NCBI GenBank assembly: GCA_965368975.1
Contig: CBDUPA010000004.1
Location: 128,001-192,000 of the forward strand
Length of the DNA: 64,000 bases
From: an uncultured bacterium
GTDB taxonomy: Bacteria; Acidobacteriota; Thermoanaerobaculia; Multivoradales; JAHZIX01
Direction: 5' to 3'
Shown piece by piece: positions 7,745-16,742 of this stretch. The position numbers were made by a program, and so were the translations under genes. Under the pieces are notes generated by a model. That model worked only from the letters and a program-made list of their open reading frames with translations. It did no database searches and was not told the origin of the DNA. How positions within the stretch are numbered: the first letter of the stretch is position 1; every line of letters begins with the position of its first letter.

Positions 7745-9715
7745 CTACAAGTATCCCAATGACCGCAACTGCTCCAGGTCTTCCTCACTCAGATCCGCCG
7801 GCAAGGCCTGGACGCCCTGGCGGTGCTGCTGCAGCCAGCGTTGCAGCAGTTCGTGTAGCTCTTGCTCGACGTCCAGTCCTGTCCCCGCCAGGTTCTCGGC
7901 TTCCTCGGGATCTGCGCGCAAATCGAAGAGGAACGCGCCTTCCGGGTGCAGCTTGTTGCCGTAGCTGAGCATGTAGGCGTGATCCCGTGTCCGCACACGC
8001 ACGCCTTGACGGTGTGCATGCTCGCTGAAGGCGTAGCGACGGCCGTTGCGTCCCTCGCCGGTCAGCTCGCGCAGGTCGGTGCCGTCGCTCTCGGGGGCTT
8101 CCAGGCCGGCTGCGTGGAGCAGGGTGGGGAAGAGGTCGACGCTTTGGACGAGGCCCTCTAGACGCCTTCCGCGTTGGCCGTCAGCAGCCTGCTGCAGCAA
8201 CTTCTGCGGCCAGCGCACCATCAGGGGGACGTGCAGCGTGGTCTCGTACAAGCCCGTGTGTCGGTAGTAGAGGCCGGGTCGATGCTCCTCCAGGTTCTCA
8301 CCGTGATCGGCCACGAAGGCGACGATGGTGTTCTCCAGCAGGCCGCGGCTGCGCAGGAAGTCGAAGAGGCGGCCGAGCTGGTGGTCCATGTAGGCGACCT
8401 CGCCTGGGTAGAGCTGGTAGCTGGCGGCCAGGGAACGGTGTCGGTAGGGCTCACCGCCGGGAGAACGGTAGTAGAGCCAGCCCTGGGACGGTGTCAGGCC
8501 GGTGTCTTCTTCGTGCGCGAAGCCGAAGGCGTACGGGGCCGGCGGAGTGTGGGGAGTGTGCGCGTCGAAGAGGTGGAGCCAGGCGAAGAAAGGCTTGTCG
8601 CGGGCGGCGATCCAATCCATCGTCATGTCGACGCCGATCTCGGCGGTGAAGTGACGGCCGGTCAGGGCGACTTCGTCGAAGCCCTGGCCCAGGCCGGAGT
8701 TCTGCGGTCCCAGGTGCCGAGCGGCGATGACGGCGAGCGTCTCGTAGCCCGCGCCCTTGTACAACTCGGCGAGCGTCGCGTGCTCCTCGGGCAGCGGCGT
8801 GCCCAGGTTGTAGACGCCATGGTTCTTGCCGTAGAGGCCGCTCATCAGCGACGCGAAGCTGGGATTGGTGACGTTGAAGGGCGAGACCGCATGCAGCCAG
8901 ACGTCGCTTTCCGACGCCAGCCGGTCGAGCGCGGGGGTCACGCTGACGCCGCCGGTGTCGCGTGCGCCATAGGCCCCGAGTGAGCGCGCGCGTAGCGTGT
9001 CGGCGCCGATCAGCAGCACGTTCGGGTGGGCGAGTGTCGGTGGCGCTGCCGGCTTGCGGCTGTAGACCGCCGGGCTACCCCACAGGGTCCGCAGGCGGAC
9101 GTCCTCAATGCCGGGCGGCAGGTCGACCTGGAGCAGCAACTCGACGGTCGTGCCGGCGTAGGCGCCGAGGTCGACGATGATCGGCGCCGGTCCCGGCGGC
9201 ATCAGGCGTGCCGTGTCGTTGTGCAACTCGGCGAGCTCGCCGCCGACGGTGCGTACGCCGACACGGTAGATGCAGGGCTCGCGGTCTTTCTCGTTGCGCA
9301 GGGGGATGAAGGAGAGGTAGGGCTCTTGCCCCAACTCCACCTGCCAGCGCAGGCGTGAGCCCGCCATCTGGCGCAGGGCTCGGATTTCGCTGGCCGGTAG
9401 CGTCGGCACAGACTCGAGCTGTACCGCGCTCAGCCGCTGTACGTTGCGTACTTCGGCCGGCCCCAGGTAGACCATCTCCCGTTCGGACAGCTTCTGGTAG
9501 CCGGCGTAGCTCGGCTTGATCTCGATCTCTGGTGGTTGTACCCACAGGTCGAAACGGTGCCAGGCGTCGTCAGCCACTCCCGGAGCCCAGTTGCTCGGGG
9601 TGCTGCCGGTTGGCGTGCCAGTGCTCGGAGTTTCGGTGCACGCGGTGAGCAGCGTCAGGAGCAGGGTGAGCGGGATGAGGGCGAACAGGTTGCGGCGGAG
9701 AGCATCGGCGTACAT
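7745..9715 (-). CDS. Sulfatase-like (alkaline phosphatase superfamily) lipoprotein, Thr at nucleophile position
   Basis: Lipobox-like LLTAC; PNVLLIGADTLRA, VTNPSFASLMSG, WLHLFDAHTP, ADHGE, C-terminal LRSLGYL. ATG 9715 preferred over TTG 9733. Confidence 0.85.
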   Translation of the reverse strand: MYADALRRNLFALIPLTLLLTLLTACTETPSTGTPTGSTPSNWAPGVADDAWHRFDLWVQPPEIEIKPSYAGYQKLSEREMVYLGPAEVRNVQRLSAVQLESVPTLPASEIRALRQMAGSRLRWQVELGQEPYLSFIPLRNEKDREPCIYRVGVRTVGGELAELHNDTARLMPPGPAPIIVDLGAYAGTTVELLLQVDLPPGIEDVRLRTLWGSPAVYSRKPAAPPTLAHPNVLLIGADTLRARSLGAYGARDTGGVSVTPALDRLASESDVWLHAVSPFNVTNPSFASLMSGLYGKNHGVYNLGTPLPEEHATLAELYKGAGYETLAVIAARHLGPQNSGLGQGFDEVALTGRHFTAEIGVDMTMDWIAARDKPFFAWLHLFDAHTPHTPPAPYAFGFAHEEDTGLTPSQGWLYYRSPGGEPYRHRSLAASYQLYPGEVAYMDHQLGRLFDFLRSRGLLENTIVAFVADHGENLEEHRPGLYYRHTGLYETTLHVPLMVRWPQKLLQQAADGQRGRRLEGLVQSVDLFPTLLHAAGLEAPESDGTDLRELTGEGRNGRRYAFSEHAHRQGVRVRTRDHAYMLSYGNKLHPEGAFLFDLRADPEEAENLAGTGLDVEQELHELLQRWLQQHRQGVQALPADLSEEDLEQLRSLGYL

Positions 9716-9757
9716 GGCGGCAGACTTTACCAACTTTCCACGCGCGTCCGGGAGATC

Positions 9758-11896
9758 TCAGGGGGCTGCCGCGCCGCTCAGCTGCTGCCGGACTTGCCTG
9801 GCGACTTCAGGAGCACGTCGTTCGAGCTCGCGCAGCTCTCTGCTGGCGTCCTGCGCTTGACCACTCGATGCCAGCGCCAGCACCAGCAATGCCCGGGCTC
9901 GCGCGTCCGTGGCATCGGCCTGCACTGCTGCACGGAAGGCTTCGACCGCCTCGTTCAGGCGCCCCTGCGAGGCCAGCAGACTGCCCAGATTTCGTTGCAC
10001 CGTGGCCACCTGGGCGCGTTGTTGGGCAGCTTGCTGGCGTTCTACGTGGTTCAGCCAAGCCAGAGCTCGACGGTAGCTCTCTTCCGCTTCGCCAAGACGT
10101 CCGGCCTGCGCCTGGCCGTTGGCCAGGTCTCCCCAATAGCTGCCGATGGTGACCGCGTCGGGAAACGCCGCTGCCGCGGCGAGCGTTGCCGCCCGTTCGA
10201 AGTACGGCAACGCTTCGCTGCCGCGCCCCGCTCCTACCAGGGTCAAGGCCAGGTTGTGCTGGATCTCGGCGTTCCCTGGGGCAGTGCCTGGGGAGAGGTC
10301 GAGCGCTCGCTGGTAGGCTCGGAGGGCTTCGTCGACGCGCCCGAGATCCCCCAGGACGTTGGCCTGGTTGACTTGCGCTTCCGCATCCCTCGGGTTGAAG
10401 CGGGCCGCATCCCGGAAGTGTCCGAGTGCGTCCTGCAAGCGGCCTTGCCGCTGCGCCACGATACCCAGGTTGTTGTGTGCCCGCGCGAAGTTCGGCCGGA
10501 TGCGCACGGCCTCCTGGAAGTACGGCAACGCGTCGCTCACCCGTCCGTCTTTGAGCAGAGTGATGCCGACGATGTTCTGCATGTGATGGTTGGGGCCGGT
10601 GACGTCGAGCGTGTGCTCGAAGAGCGTCAGGCTGGTCTGCCAGCGGCGCACCTGGTGCCAAGTGAGAACGATCAGGGAAATCAGCACAAGGCCAACGGCG
10701 GCGGTCGCCAGGCGCTGCCCCAGTGCCTTGCTCTGAGCCGGTCGCGCAGCCAGGAAGGCGTCGGCGCCCCACACCAGGAGGAGGAACAGGCCGGTGTAGG
10801 GAAGGTAGGTGTAGCGATCCGCCATCGCTTGCACCCCCACCTGCACCAAGCCGAGCACCGGCACCAACATGCCGGCGAACCACAGCAGCCCGACGAGCAC
10901 GAACGGATCGCGTCCGCCGAGACGCCAGGCGGCGAAGGTCAGCCCGCCGAGAACCACCAAGGACGCGAGCAAGGCGGCGACGGACGGCAGCCCAGGATGG
11001 GGATAGAGCACGCCCAGGTCGATCGGCCACAGCAGCTTGCCCACATACGCCGCCAGCGCCACGGCGCTATTGGCCAGCCGCGCCAGGAACGGTAGTTGCT
11101 CCAGATCCGAGACCGCCCCTCCCGCTTGCTGGACCCGGTAGGTGACGGCACTCGAGATCGCCACCATGAGAAACAGAGGTGCCTTCTCCCACCAAAGCGG
11201 GCGTGCCGTGAACAGCGCTCGCAGCCGTTGCCAAGCCGAGACGGCGTCGCCCTTCCTTTGCGGGAGCGGAACGCGGTGCAGCGGCCAGATGTCGAGTAGC
11301 AGCAGGACGAACGGCAGCGTAACCAGCATTGGCTTGCTCAGCAGGCCGAGCGCGAAGGCGGTCGTGAGAGTGAGGTAGCGCCGCGTCGACGGCCGCTCGA
11401 CGTAGGCGGCATAGGCCCACAGCGTCAGGCCAAAGAAGAGGCCGCTGAGGACGTCCTTGCGCTCTGAGATCCAGGCCACGGACTCGACGTGTGCCGGGTG
11501 TAGGGCGAACAGTGCGGCAACCAGGAGGCTGAGGTCGAAGCGGCCGCTGAGGCGCGCGAGGGCGAGCAGCAGAGCCAGCGTTGCGGCGAGGTGCAGCATC
11601 AGGTTGGTGACGTGGTGATCACCAGGGTCGAGGCCGTAGAGCTCGATGTCGAGCATGTGACTGAGCCAGGTCAGGGGATGCCAGTTGCTGGCATGGCCGG
11701 TGGTGAAGGCCCAGGCGATGCCGTCCCAAGTCAGGCCCTGCTGGACGTGGGGGTTGTCCTCGACGTACAGCGGATCGTCGTAGTTGACGAAGTCGTGATG
11801 GTGCACCGGTGCGTAGACCAGCGCCGTGATCGCGAGCAGGACGAGCGTCAGGACGATGTGGGTAGTGCGGGATTGGCTTGTACTGGATTGGGACAT
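9758..11896 (-). CDS. TMTC-like membrane glycosyltransferase (GT-C) with C-terminal TPRs
   Basis: N-terminal TM then FVNYDD, NWHPLTWLSHMLD, FALHPAHVESVAWISERKD, MADRYTYLP; multiple TPRs (AHNNLG, IQHNLA, VQRNLG). Confidence 0.88.
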   Translation of the reverse strand: MSQSSTSQSRTTHIVLTLVLLAITALVYAPVHHHDFVNYDDPLYVEDNPHVQQGLTWDGIAWAFTTGHASNWHPLTWLSHMLDIELYGLDPGDHHVTNLMLHLAATLALLLALARLSGRFDLSLLVAALFALHPAHVESVAWISERKDVLSGLFFGLTLWAYAAYVERPSTRRYLTLTTAFALGLLSKPMLVTLPFVLLLLDIWPLHRVPLPQRKGDAVSAWQRLRALFTARPLWWEKAPLFLMVAISSAVTYRVQQAGGAVSDLEQLPFLARLANSAVALAAYVGKLLWPIDLGVLYPHPGLPSVAALLASLVVLGGLTFAAWRLGGRDPFVLVGLLWFAGMLVPVLGLVQVGVQAMADRYTYLPYTGLFLLLVWGADAFLAARPAQSKALGQRLATAAVGLVLISLIVLTWHQVRRWQTSLTLFEHTLDVTGPNHHMQNIVGITLLKDGRVSDALPYFQEAVRIRPNFARAHNNLGIVAQRQGRLQDALGHFRDAARFNPRDAEAQVNQANVLGDLGRVDEALRAYQRALDLSPGTAPGNAEIQHNLALTLVGAGRGSEALPYFERAATLAAAAAFPDAVTIGSYWGDLANGQAQAGRLGEAEESYRRALAWLNHVERQQAAQQRAQVATVQRNLGSLLASQGRLNEAVEAFRAAVQADATDARARALLVLALASSGQAQDASRELRELERRAPEVARQVRQQLSGAAAP

Positions 11897-11934
11897 GCTG
11901 AAAGCGAGGATATCTCAGTGCTACCATCCTGCTC

Positions 11935-12630
11935 ATGCCCCACGTCGACGAAGGCGTCATCAAATTCCACGCTGACCACCGCGACGCCCCCCTGGACGCG
12001 CGCCGCTACGCGGATACCGCCTGCCGATTGATCGCCTGGCGGGAGATCCTTGGTCGTACCGGCCTGGTGGGGCAGGAAGAGGGGCGCTATGGTGGTTTCG
12101 GCTATGGCAACGTGAGCGCTCGCGTCGGTCCACCCTCCGCGGCGCGTGGCCGGCGCTCGTTTCTCATCACGGGTACCCAAACCTCGGGCAAGCAGTGTGT
12201 ATCTCTGGCTGACCTGTGTGTGGTCGAACGTTTTGACGTCGAGCGCAACAGCGTCGACAGTCACGGCCAGACGTTGCCGTCGTCCGAGTCCATGACGCAC
12301 GGTGCGGTCTACGACCTGGGGAGCCACATTCGCTTCGTCTTCCACGCTCACAGCCCGGTGATCTGGACGCAGGCGCCGCGGCTGCGCATCCCAACGTCGG
12401 ACCCGCGGGTGCCGTACGGGACGCAGGAGATGGCGCGCGAGGTCCACCGATTGTATCGGTCGACCGCCCTGCCGGAGGTGCAGATTCTGGCCATGGGCGG
12501 ACACGAGGACGGGGTGATCGTCTTTGGACGCACCGCGGAGGAGGCGGGGGAAGTCCTGGTGCGCTACCTGGCGCGCGCGTACGAAGCGCGCTGCAGCGCG
12601 GCGGGCGCGGCATTCTGTTCGATGTCCTAG
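11935..12630 (+). CDS. Class II aldolase/adducin family protein
   Basis: GYGNVSAR, FLITGTQ, PSSESMTHGAVY, FHAHSP, GHEDGV metal-binding pattern. Confidence 0.88.
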   Translation: MPHVDEGVIKFHADHRDAPLDARRYADTACRLIAWREILGRTGLVGQEEGRYGGFGYGNVSARVGPPSAARGRRSFLITGTQTSGKQCVSLADLCVVERFDVERNSVDSHGQTLPSSESMTHGAVYDLGSHIRFVFHAHSPVIWTQAPRLRIPTSDPRVPYGTQEMAREVHRLYRSTALPEVQILAMGGHEDGVIVFGRTAEEAGEVLVRYLARAYEARCSAAGAAFCSMS

Positions 12631-12683
12631 TCGTCCCCTGATGCCGAAGACCGGCTGAACCCAAGACCGGGTACAATCTCCGC

Positions 12684-13481
12684 GTGACTGTGCAAACGCT
12701 CTTTCTGCTCTACGCCGCCGCTCTCGGATTGATCGTGGGCAGCTACCTCAATGTGGTGATCCACCGGCTGCCGCGCCGCGAGTCGACGGTGACCCCGCGG
12801 TCGCGGTGTCCGCACTGCAGCACCTTGATCCGGGCTCGCGACAATGTGCCGGTGCTGAGCTTCCTACTGCTCGGTGGCCGTTGCCGCGACTGCCGCAGCC
12901 CGATCAGCTGGCGCTATCCGCTGATCGAGCTGCTGACCTCGGTGTGCTTCGTACTCAGCTTCCAGCTCTACGGCTTCACCGCCGGGGGGCTCGTCGCGGC
13001 GGTGTTCTGTGCGTTGATGATCGTGCTCGCCGGTATCGACATCGACCACCTGATCCTGCCTGACCGCCTGACGCTGCCCGGCATCGTCGTCGGGCTCACG
13101 CTGCACGCCTGGCAGCCGTCCTGGCTGCCCTGGGCAACGCTGCGGGAGGCGATCTGGGGAGCTGTGCTCGGTGGCGGCGTGCTGCTGGCGATGAGCGGGC
13201 TCTGGCTCTTGCTGCGCCGGGTCGAGGGGATGGGGCTGGGGGACGTCAAGATGCTGGCCATGATCGGTGCCTTTCTGGGTTGGAAGGGGGTGCTGGTGAG
13301 CCTCTTCCTGGCCGCGCTGTCGGGGACGTTGCGGGCCTTGCCGTCGTTGCTCAGCGGCGGCCTGCGGCCGATGCACCGTTTGGCCTTCGGACCGTTCCTG
13401 GCTTTTGGTGCCGTCATTGCCCTGCTCACCGGCGGGGGAGGTTTGCTCGATGCCTACGCCCGCATCCTTCAGTGGCCGTAA
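12684..13481 (+). CDS. pilD: Prepilin peptidase/N-methyltransferase
   Basis: GSYLNVVIHRLP, CPHC/CRDC zinc motifs, IDIDHLILPD, GMGLGDVK, AFGPFL. Confidence 0.95.
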   Translation: MTVQTLFLLYAAALGLIVGSYLNVVIHRLPRRESTVTPRSRCPHCSTLIRARDNVPVLSFLLLGGRCRDCRSPISWRYPLIELLTSVCFVLSFQLYGFTAGGLVAAVFCALMIVLAGIDIDHLILPDRLTLPGIVVGLTLHAWQPSWLPWATLREAIWGAVLGGGVLLAMSGLWLLLRRVEGMGLGDVKMLAMIGAFLGWKGVLVSLFLAALSGTLRALPSLLSGGLRPMHRLAFGPFLAFGAVIALLTGGGGLLDAYARILQWP

Positions 13482-15336
13482 GGCTGAAACTCGTCGAGCG
13501 CGCCGCTACGTCGACCTGCGTCGCGAGGTTCCGGTGCTGGTGCCGACGGCGGTGCTGTTGCTGGTGGTCCTGTCGACCTTCACCCTGGTGTCGTATCGCA
13601 ACGCGGTGCACCTGCTGATCGAACAGCGCCAGTGGGAGGCCGAACGCCTGGCGACCACCATCGCGCGCCAGCTGGACGGAGAGCGCTTGCCGGATTCGAC
13701 GCGGCTCGGCGAGTTCGCACCACAGGCGGTAGGGATCGCGGTGATCGGTCCTGACGGTCATCCCCAGGTACACACCGGCGAAACGTCGCAGCCGTTGCCG
13801 GTGCACCAGGCCGAAACCCATCTGCACACCTTCGGTCCGAGTGAAGATGTGCCGGGACTGACCGTCGCCCTGGTGCCCTTGGGCGAGGGGCGCTGGTTAC
13901 GCTTGGACTTGCCGGCCCTCATTCTCGACGCCCAGCGTCGCGGGCTGCGCGTGCTGACAGTGTTGGTGTTGATGCTCAACGTGGCTCTCAGCACCTACAT
14001 CTTGCTGTTGCTACGTCAACTCATGCTGCCGTACCAGACACTACTGGAGCGAGCGCGGGAGATCGGGCCGCGAGGCCGTGAAAAGCTGCGCGGTGACGAG
14101 GAGGTCAACTTCCTGCTCGACACCTTCGAGCAGGCGCTGCGAGCTCTGTCGCATCGGGAGGGGAGCGGCCGGGACGGCGATGGCGAGCGTGAAGCCGACG
14201 AAGATCTGCAAGTGCTGGAGCGAACCCTGCTGGCGAGCGTCGAGAGCGGGCTCCTGCTGCTCGATCGAGCTGGCGACGTCTTGGCGATCAACCGCGTCGG
14301 AGAGTCGCTGCTGCACGTGGCGCGTCCCGAAGCAGGCACCCCGCTGTCTGAAGCTCTGGCGCCGCACTCGCGGCTGGCTGCGTTGTTGCTCGACGCCGCG
14401 CAGCGGCAGCAGGAGCTGCAGCGGCAGGAATGTACCGTGCAGGTGGACGATGAGATCCGCACACTCGGGCTGGCCGTCCATCCGCTGCGCCGCGACGACG
14501 GCCGGGTGCGTGGCTACCTGGTGCTGTTCGCCGATCTCACCGAGATGCAGCAGCAGGCAGCGGAGGAGCGTCTGGCGGAGAGTCTGGCCCGGCTCGGTGA
14601 GCTGGCCGGTGGTATCGCGCACGAGATGCGCAACAGTCTGGCGACCCTGCGTGGCTACCTGGCGCTGATCGAGCGCAAGCCGGAAGAAGAGTCGCTGAAA
14701 GACTATCTGCGAGAGATCCGGCACGAGACCGACCACCTGCAACGGGTGCTCGAAGACTTCCTGTCCTTCGCGCGTCCGGGTACCGTGCGTCTGGAGCCGC
14801 TTCTGTTGGCCCAGTTGATTCATCGGGCGGCGGCCGATCCGGCGCTCGCCGGCATGCCGGTGCGGGTGCTGAGTGAGGAGCCGGGACAGTTGAAAGGGGA
14901 CCCCCAGCTACTCGAGCGGGCCCTGCGCAACCTCCTGCACAATGCGGCCGAAGCACATCGTGACAGTGGATGCAAGGGACCGGTCGAGGTCTCCCTGGTG
15001 CGCAACCAGCAGCGGCTGGAGGTGCTGATCGACGACCGTGGCCCGGGCTTGCCGGCTGGAGTTCGCGAGCGGCTGTTCGAACCCTTCGCCGCTGGACGGC
15101 GTTCGGGCGTCGGCCTTGGCTTGGCGTTGGCGCACCGCATCCTGGCGCTGCACGGGGCGCGCCTGCAATTGGAGGATCGTGAGGGCGGCGGCACCCGGGC
15201 TCGTTTGCAGTTTCCGAAGGAGGCTGCGAATTCTGCTACTGAAGGTAACAATTCGAGATCAGAGTCCGGGGCTCTGGAGTTGCCCGGCGACGAGATCGAG
15301 GTCCAGGCAGAAGAGCAAGCAACTACAGATCAGTGA
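13450..15336 (+). CDS. Membrane sensor histidine kinase (PAS + HisKA + HATPase; NtrB/PilS-like)
   Basis: Two TM segments, PAS-like LLLDRAGDVLAIN, H-box GIAHEMRNSL, N-box NLLHNA, DDRGPG, GVGLGLA. Start uncertain. Confidence 0.92.
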   Translation: MPTPASFSGRKAETRRARRYVDLRREVPVLVPTAVLLLVVLSTFTLVSYRNAVHLLIEQRQWEAERLATTIARQLDGERLPDSTRLGEFAPQAVGIAVIGPDGHPQVHTGETSQPLPVHQAETHLHTFGPSEDVPGLTVALVPLGEGRWLRLDLPALILDAQRRGLRVLTVLVLMLNVALSTYILLLLRQLMLPYQTLLERAREIGPRGREKLRGDEEVNFLLDTFEQALRALSHREGSGRDGDGEREADEDLQVLERTLLASVESGLLLLDRAGDVLAINRVGESLLHVARPEAGTPLSEALAPHSRLAALLLDAAQRQQELQRQECTVQVDDEIRTLGLAVHPLRRDDGRVRGYLVLFADLTEMQQQAAEERLAESLARLGELAGGIAHEMRNSLATLRGYLALIERKPEEESLKDYLREIRHETDHLQRVLEDFLSFARPGTVRLEPLLLAQLIHRAAADPALAGMPVRVLSEEPGQLKGDPQLLERALRNLLHNAAEAHRDSGCKGPVEVSLVRNQQRLEVLIDDRGPGLPAGVRERLFEPFAAGRRSGVGLGLALAHRILALHGARLQLEDREGGGTRARLQFPKEAANSATEGNNSRSESGALELPGDEIEVQAEEQATTDQ

Positions 15337-15358
15337 TTTATCCCGGATGCGAGGAGGG

Positions 15359-15374
15359 TGGCATAGCCTTTGCT
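15359..15374 (+). promoter_or_regulatory. Sigma-54 (-24/-12) promoter of the minor pilin operon
   Basis: TGGCATAGCCTTTGCT = TGGCA...TTGCW with exact GG-N10-GC spacing, 12 nt before ATG 15387. Confidence 0.75.
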
Positions 15375-15386
15375 GTATAAGCCAGC

Positions 15387-16064
15387 ATGAGACGACAAGC
15401 CGCCACCCCGCAATGCACCAGAGCCGGTTTTACCTTGATCGAGCTGCTCTTCGTGATGCTGCTCATGCTCGCGTTGTCTCTGGTCGCTGTTCCCGAGGTG
15501 CTGAAGTCACTCTATCGAGCACAACTAGACAGTGGGACGCGGGCGGTTCAGATTGTCACTGCCCGAGCTCGCCAGAGTGCTGTGCTTCATCAGAGCAGAG
15601 TCATTGTGCTCACTGGGCAGACAACTCCGACGGAGCCAGATTCAACCCCTGAGTTGTACCTTTTGGCCTTCGCTCCGGACAACGTCGCCGTGCCACTTCA
15701 ACTGGAGATGCGCCACTTGCCGAACGTTGTCCTGGAGGGGCCGCCTGCCAGCCCAGCCGCGACGGCCGGTCTGGTCACCGTGGACACCTCTACCTGGCCG
15801 GCTGTGGAGTCGCCACATGGCACCTTGACCCTGGCCGGGGAAGGAATGGTGTTCCTGCCAGACGGTTCTGTGCAACAGGTCGGTGCCTGGCGCCTCGCCC
15901 ATCAAAGCGAGAAGACGTTCTCGCTGTCGGATTCGTCGACCCGGGTCGAGCGCTTCGACTACCGCGAGCTAGAGGTGTCGATTCCGGCCACGGGTCGCCT
16001 AGCGCTGAACTTGTGGAAGCGGGACTCGGAGACCTTCGAACGCGCTAAGCCGGTAGTCGACTGA
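15387..16064 (+). CDS. FimT/FimU-like minor pilin
   Basis: Class III signal AG|FTLIELLFVMLL with Glu5; ARARQSAV and GMVFLPDG resemble GspH/FimT. Confidence 0.85.
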   Translation: MRRQAATPQCTRAGFTLIELLFVMLLMLALSLVAVPEVLKSLYRAQLDSGTRAVQIVTARARQSAVLHQSRVIVLTGQTTPTEPDSTPELYLLAFAPDNVAVPLQLEMRHLPNVVLEGPPASPAATAGLVTVDTSTWPAVESPHGTLTLAGEGMVFLPDGSVQQVGAWRLAHQSEKTFSLSDSSTRVERFDYRELEVSIPATGRLALNLWKRDSETFERAKPVVD

Positions 16065-16090
16065 ACGGACTTTCGTCAAAGGAAGCAAGT

Positions 16091-16723
16091 ATGCGCCGCA
16101 AACTACCAACACATCGCATTCGGTCAGCCCGTCGGTCTGCAGGCTTCAGCTTGCCAGAGGTGTTGGTCGCAGCACTTCTGCTCTTGATCGTCTCCTTGGG
16201 ACTGATCCCTCTGTTCATGACCGCTATGGTGAACAACTCCTATGGCGAAGAGAGTACGCGTCTCGCAGCCAGGGGACGTGCGGCCGTGGAGGAGTTCTTG
16301 CAGCTCAACTTCGATCACGAGGATGTCGATGTTCCGGTTGGGGCCACCGAGTTGATGGTCGAACAGCAGTGGGATCCGCAGGAACGCACCTGGGTAGACG
16401 GGACAGGTTTGGTCAGTGCGGCCAGCTCGCTGCGCTGGAGTCGACAGGTGCGGGTGCAACAGTTCAGCATCAACGGTGCCCGCGATGTGGATGGTGACGG
16501 TGTGATCGATGTGATCGAAGGCCTCGAAGATCAAGCCGGGCGAAGCGGGCATCCTGACCCTCGCGACGGTCGCTTCGACAATCCGCTCAGCGGCGCCGTG
16601 AACGACTCTCAGTTCGTCCACCTCAAGTCTCTCGAAGTCGTTGTCGCCGGTCCGCACCTGCAACTCACGCGCACCTCGTTGGGTGGTCGTGTGTTCAGCG
16701 TCACCACGTTGAAGACTTTCTGA
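16091..16723 (+). CDS. pilV: PilV-like minor pilin
   Basis: AG|FSLPEVLVAALLL; second gene of the cassette; contains DVDGDGVID. Confidence 0.75.
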   Translation: MRRKLPTHRIRSARRSAGFSLPEVLVAALLLLIVSLGLIPLFMTAMVNNSYGEESTRLAARGRAAVEEFLQLNFDHEDVDVPVGATELMVEQQWDPQERTWVDGTGLVSAASSLRWSRQVRVQQFSINGARDVDGDGVIDVIEGLEDQAGRSGHPDPRDGRFDNPLSGAVNDSQFVHLKSLEVVVAGPHLQLTRTSLGGRVFSVTTLKTF

Positions 16724-16742
16724 AGGTGAAGAGGATGAACGC

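Noticed and set aside
9536-11095. 519-aa plus-strand ORF, and similar long shadow ORFs such as 34795-36717, 41583-42842 and 45047-46183
   Set aside because: Antisense to well-supported genes, with no motifs; expected from high GC and codon bias.
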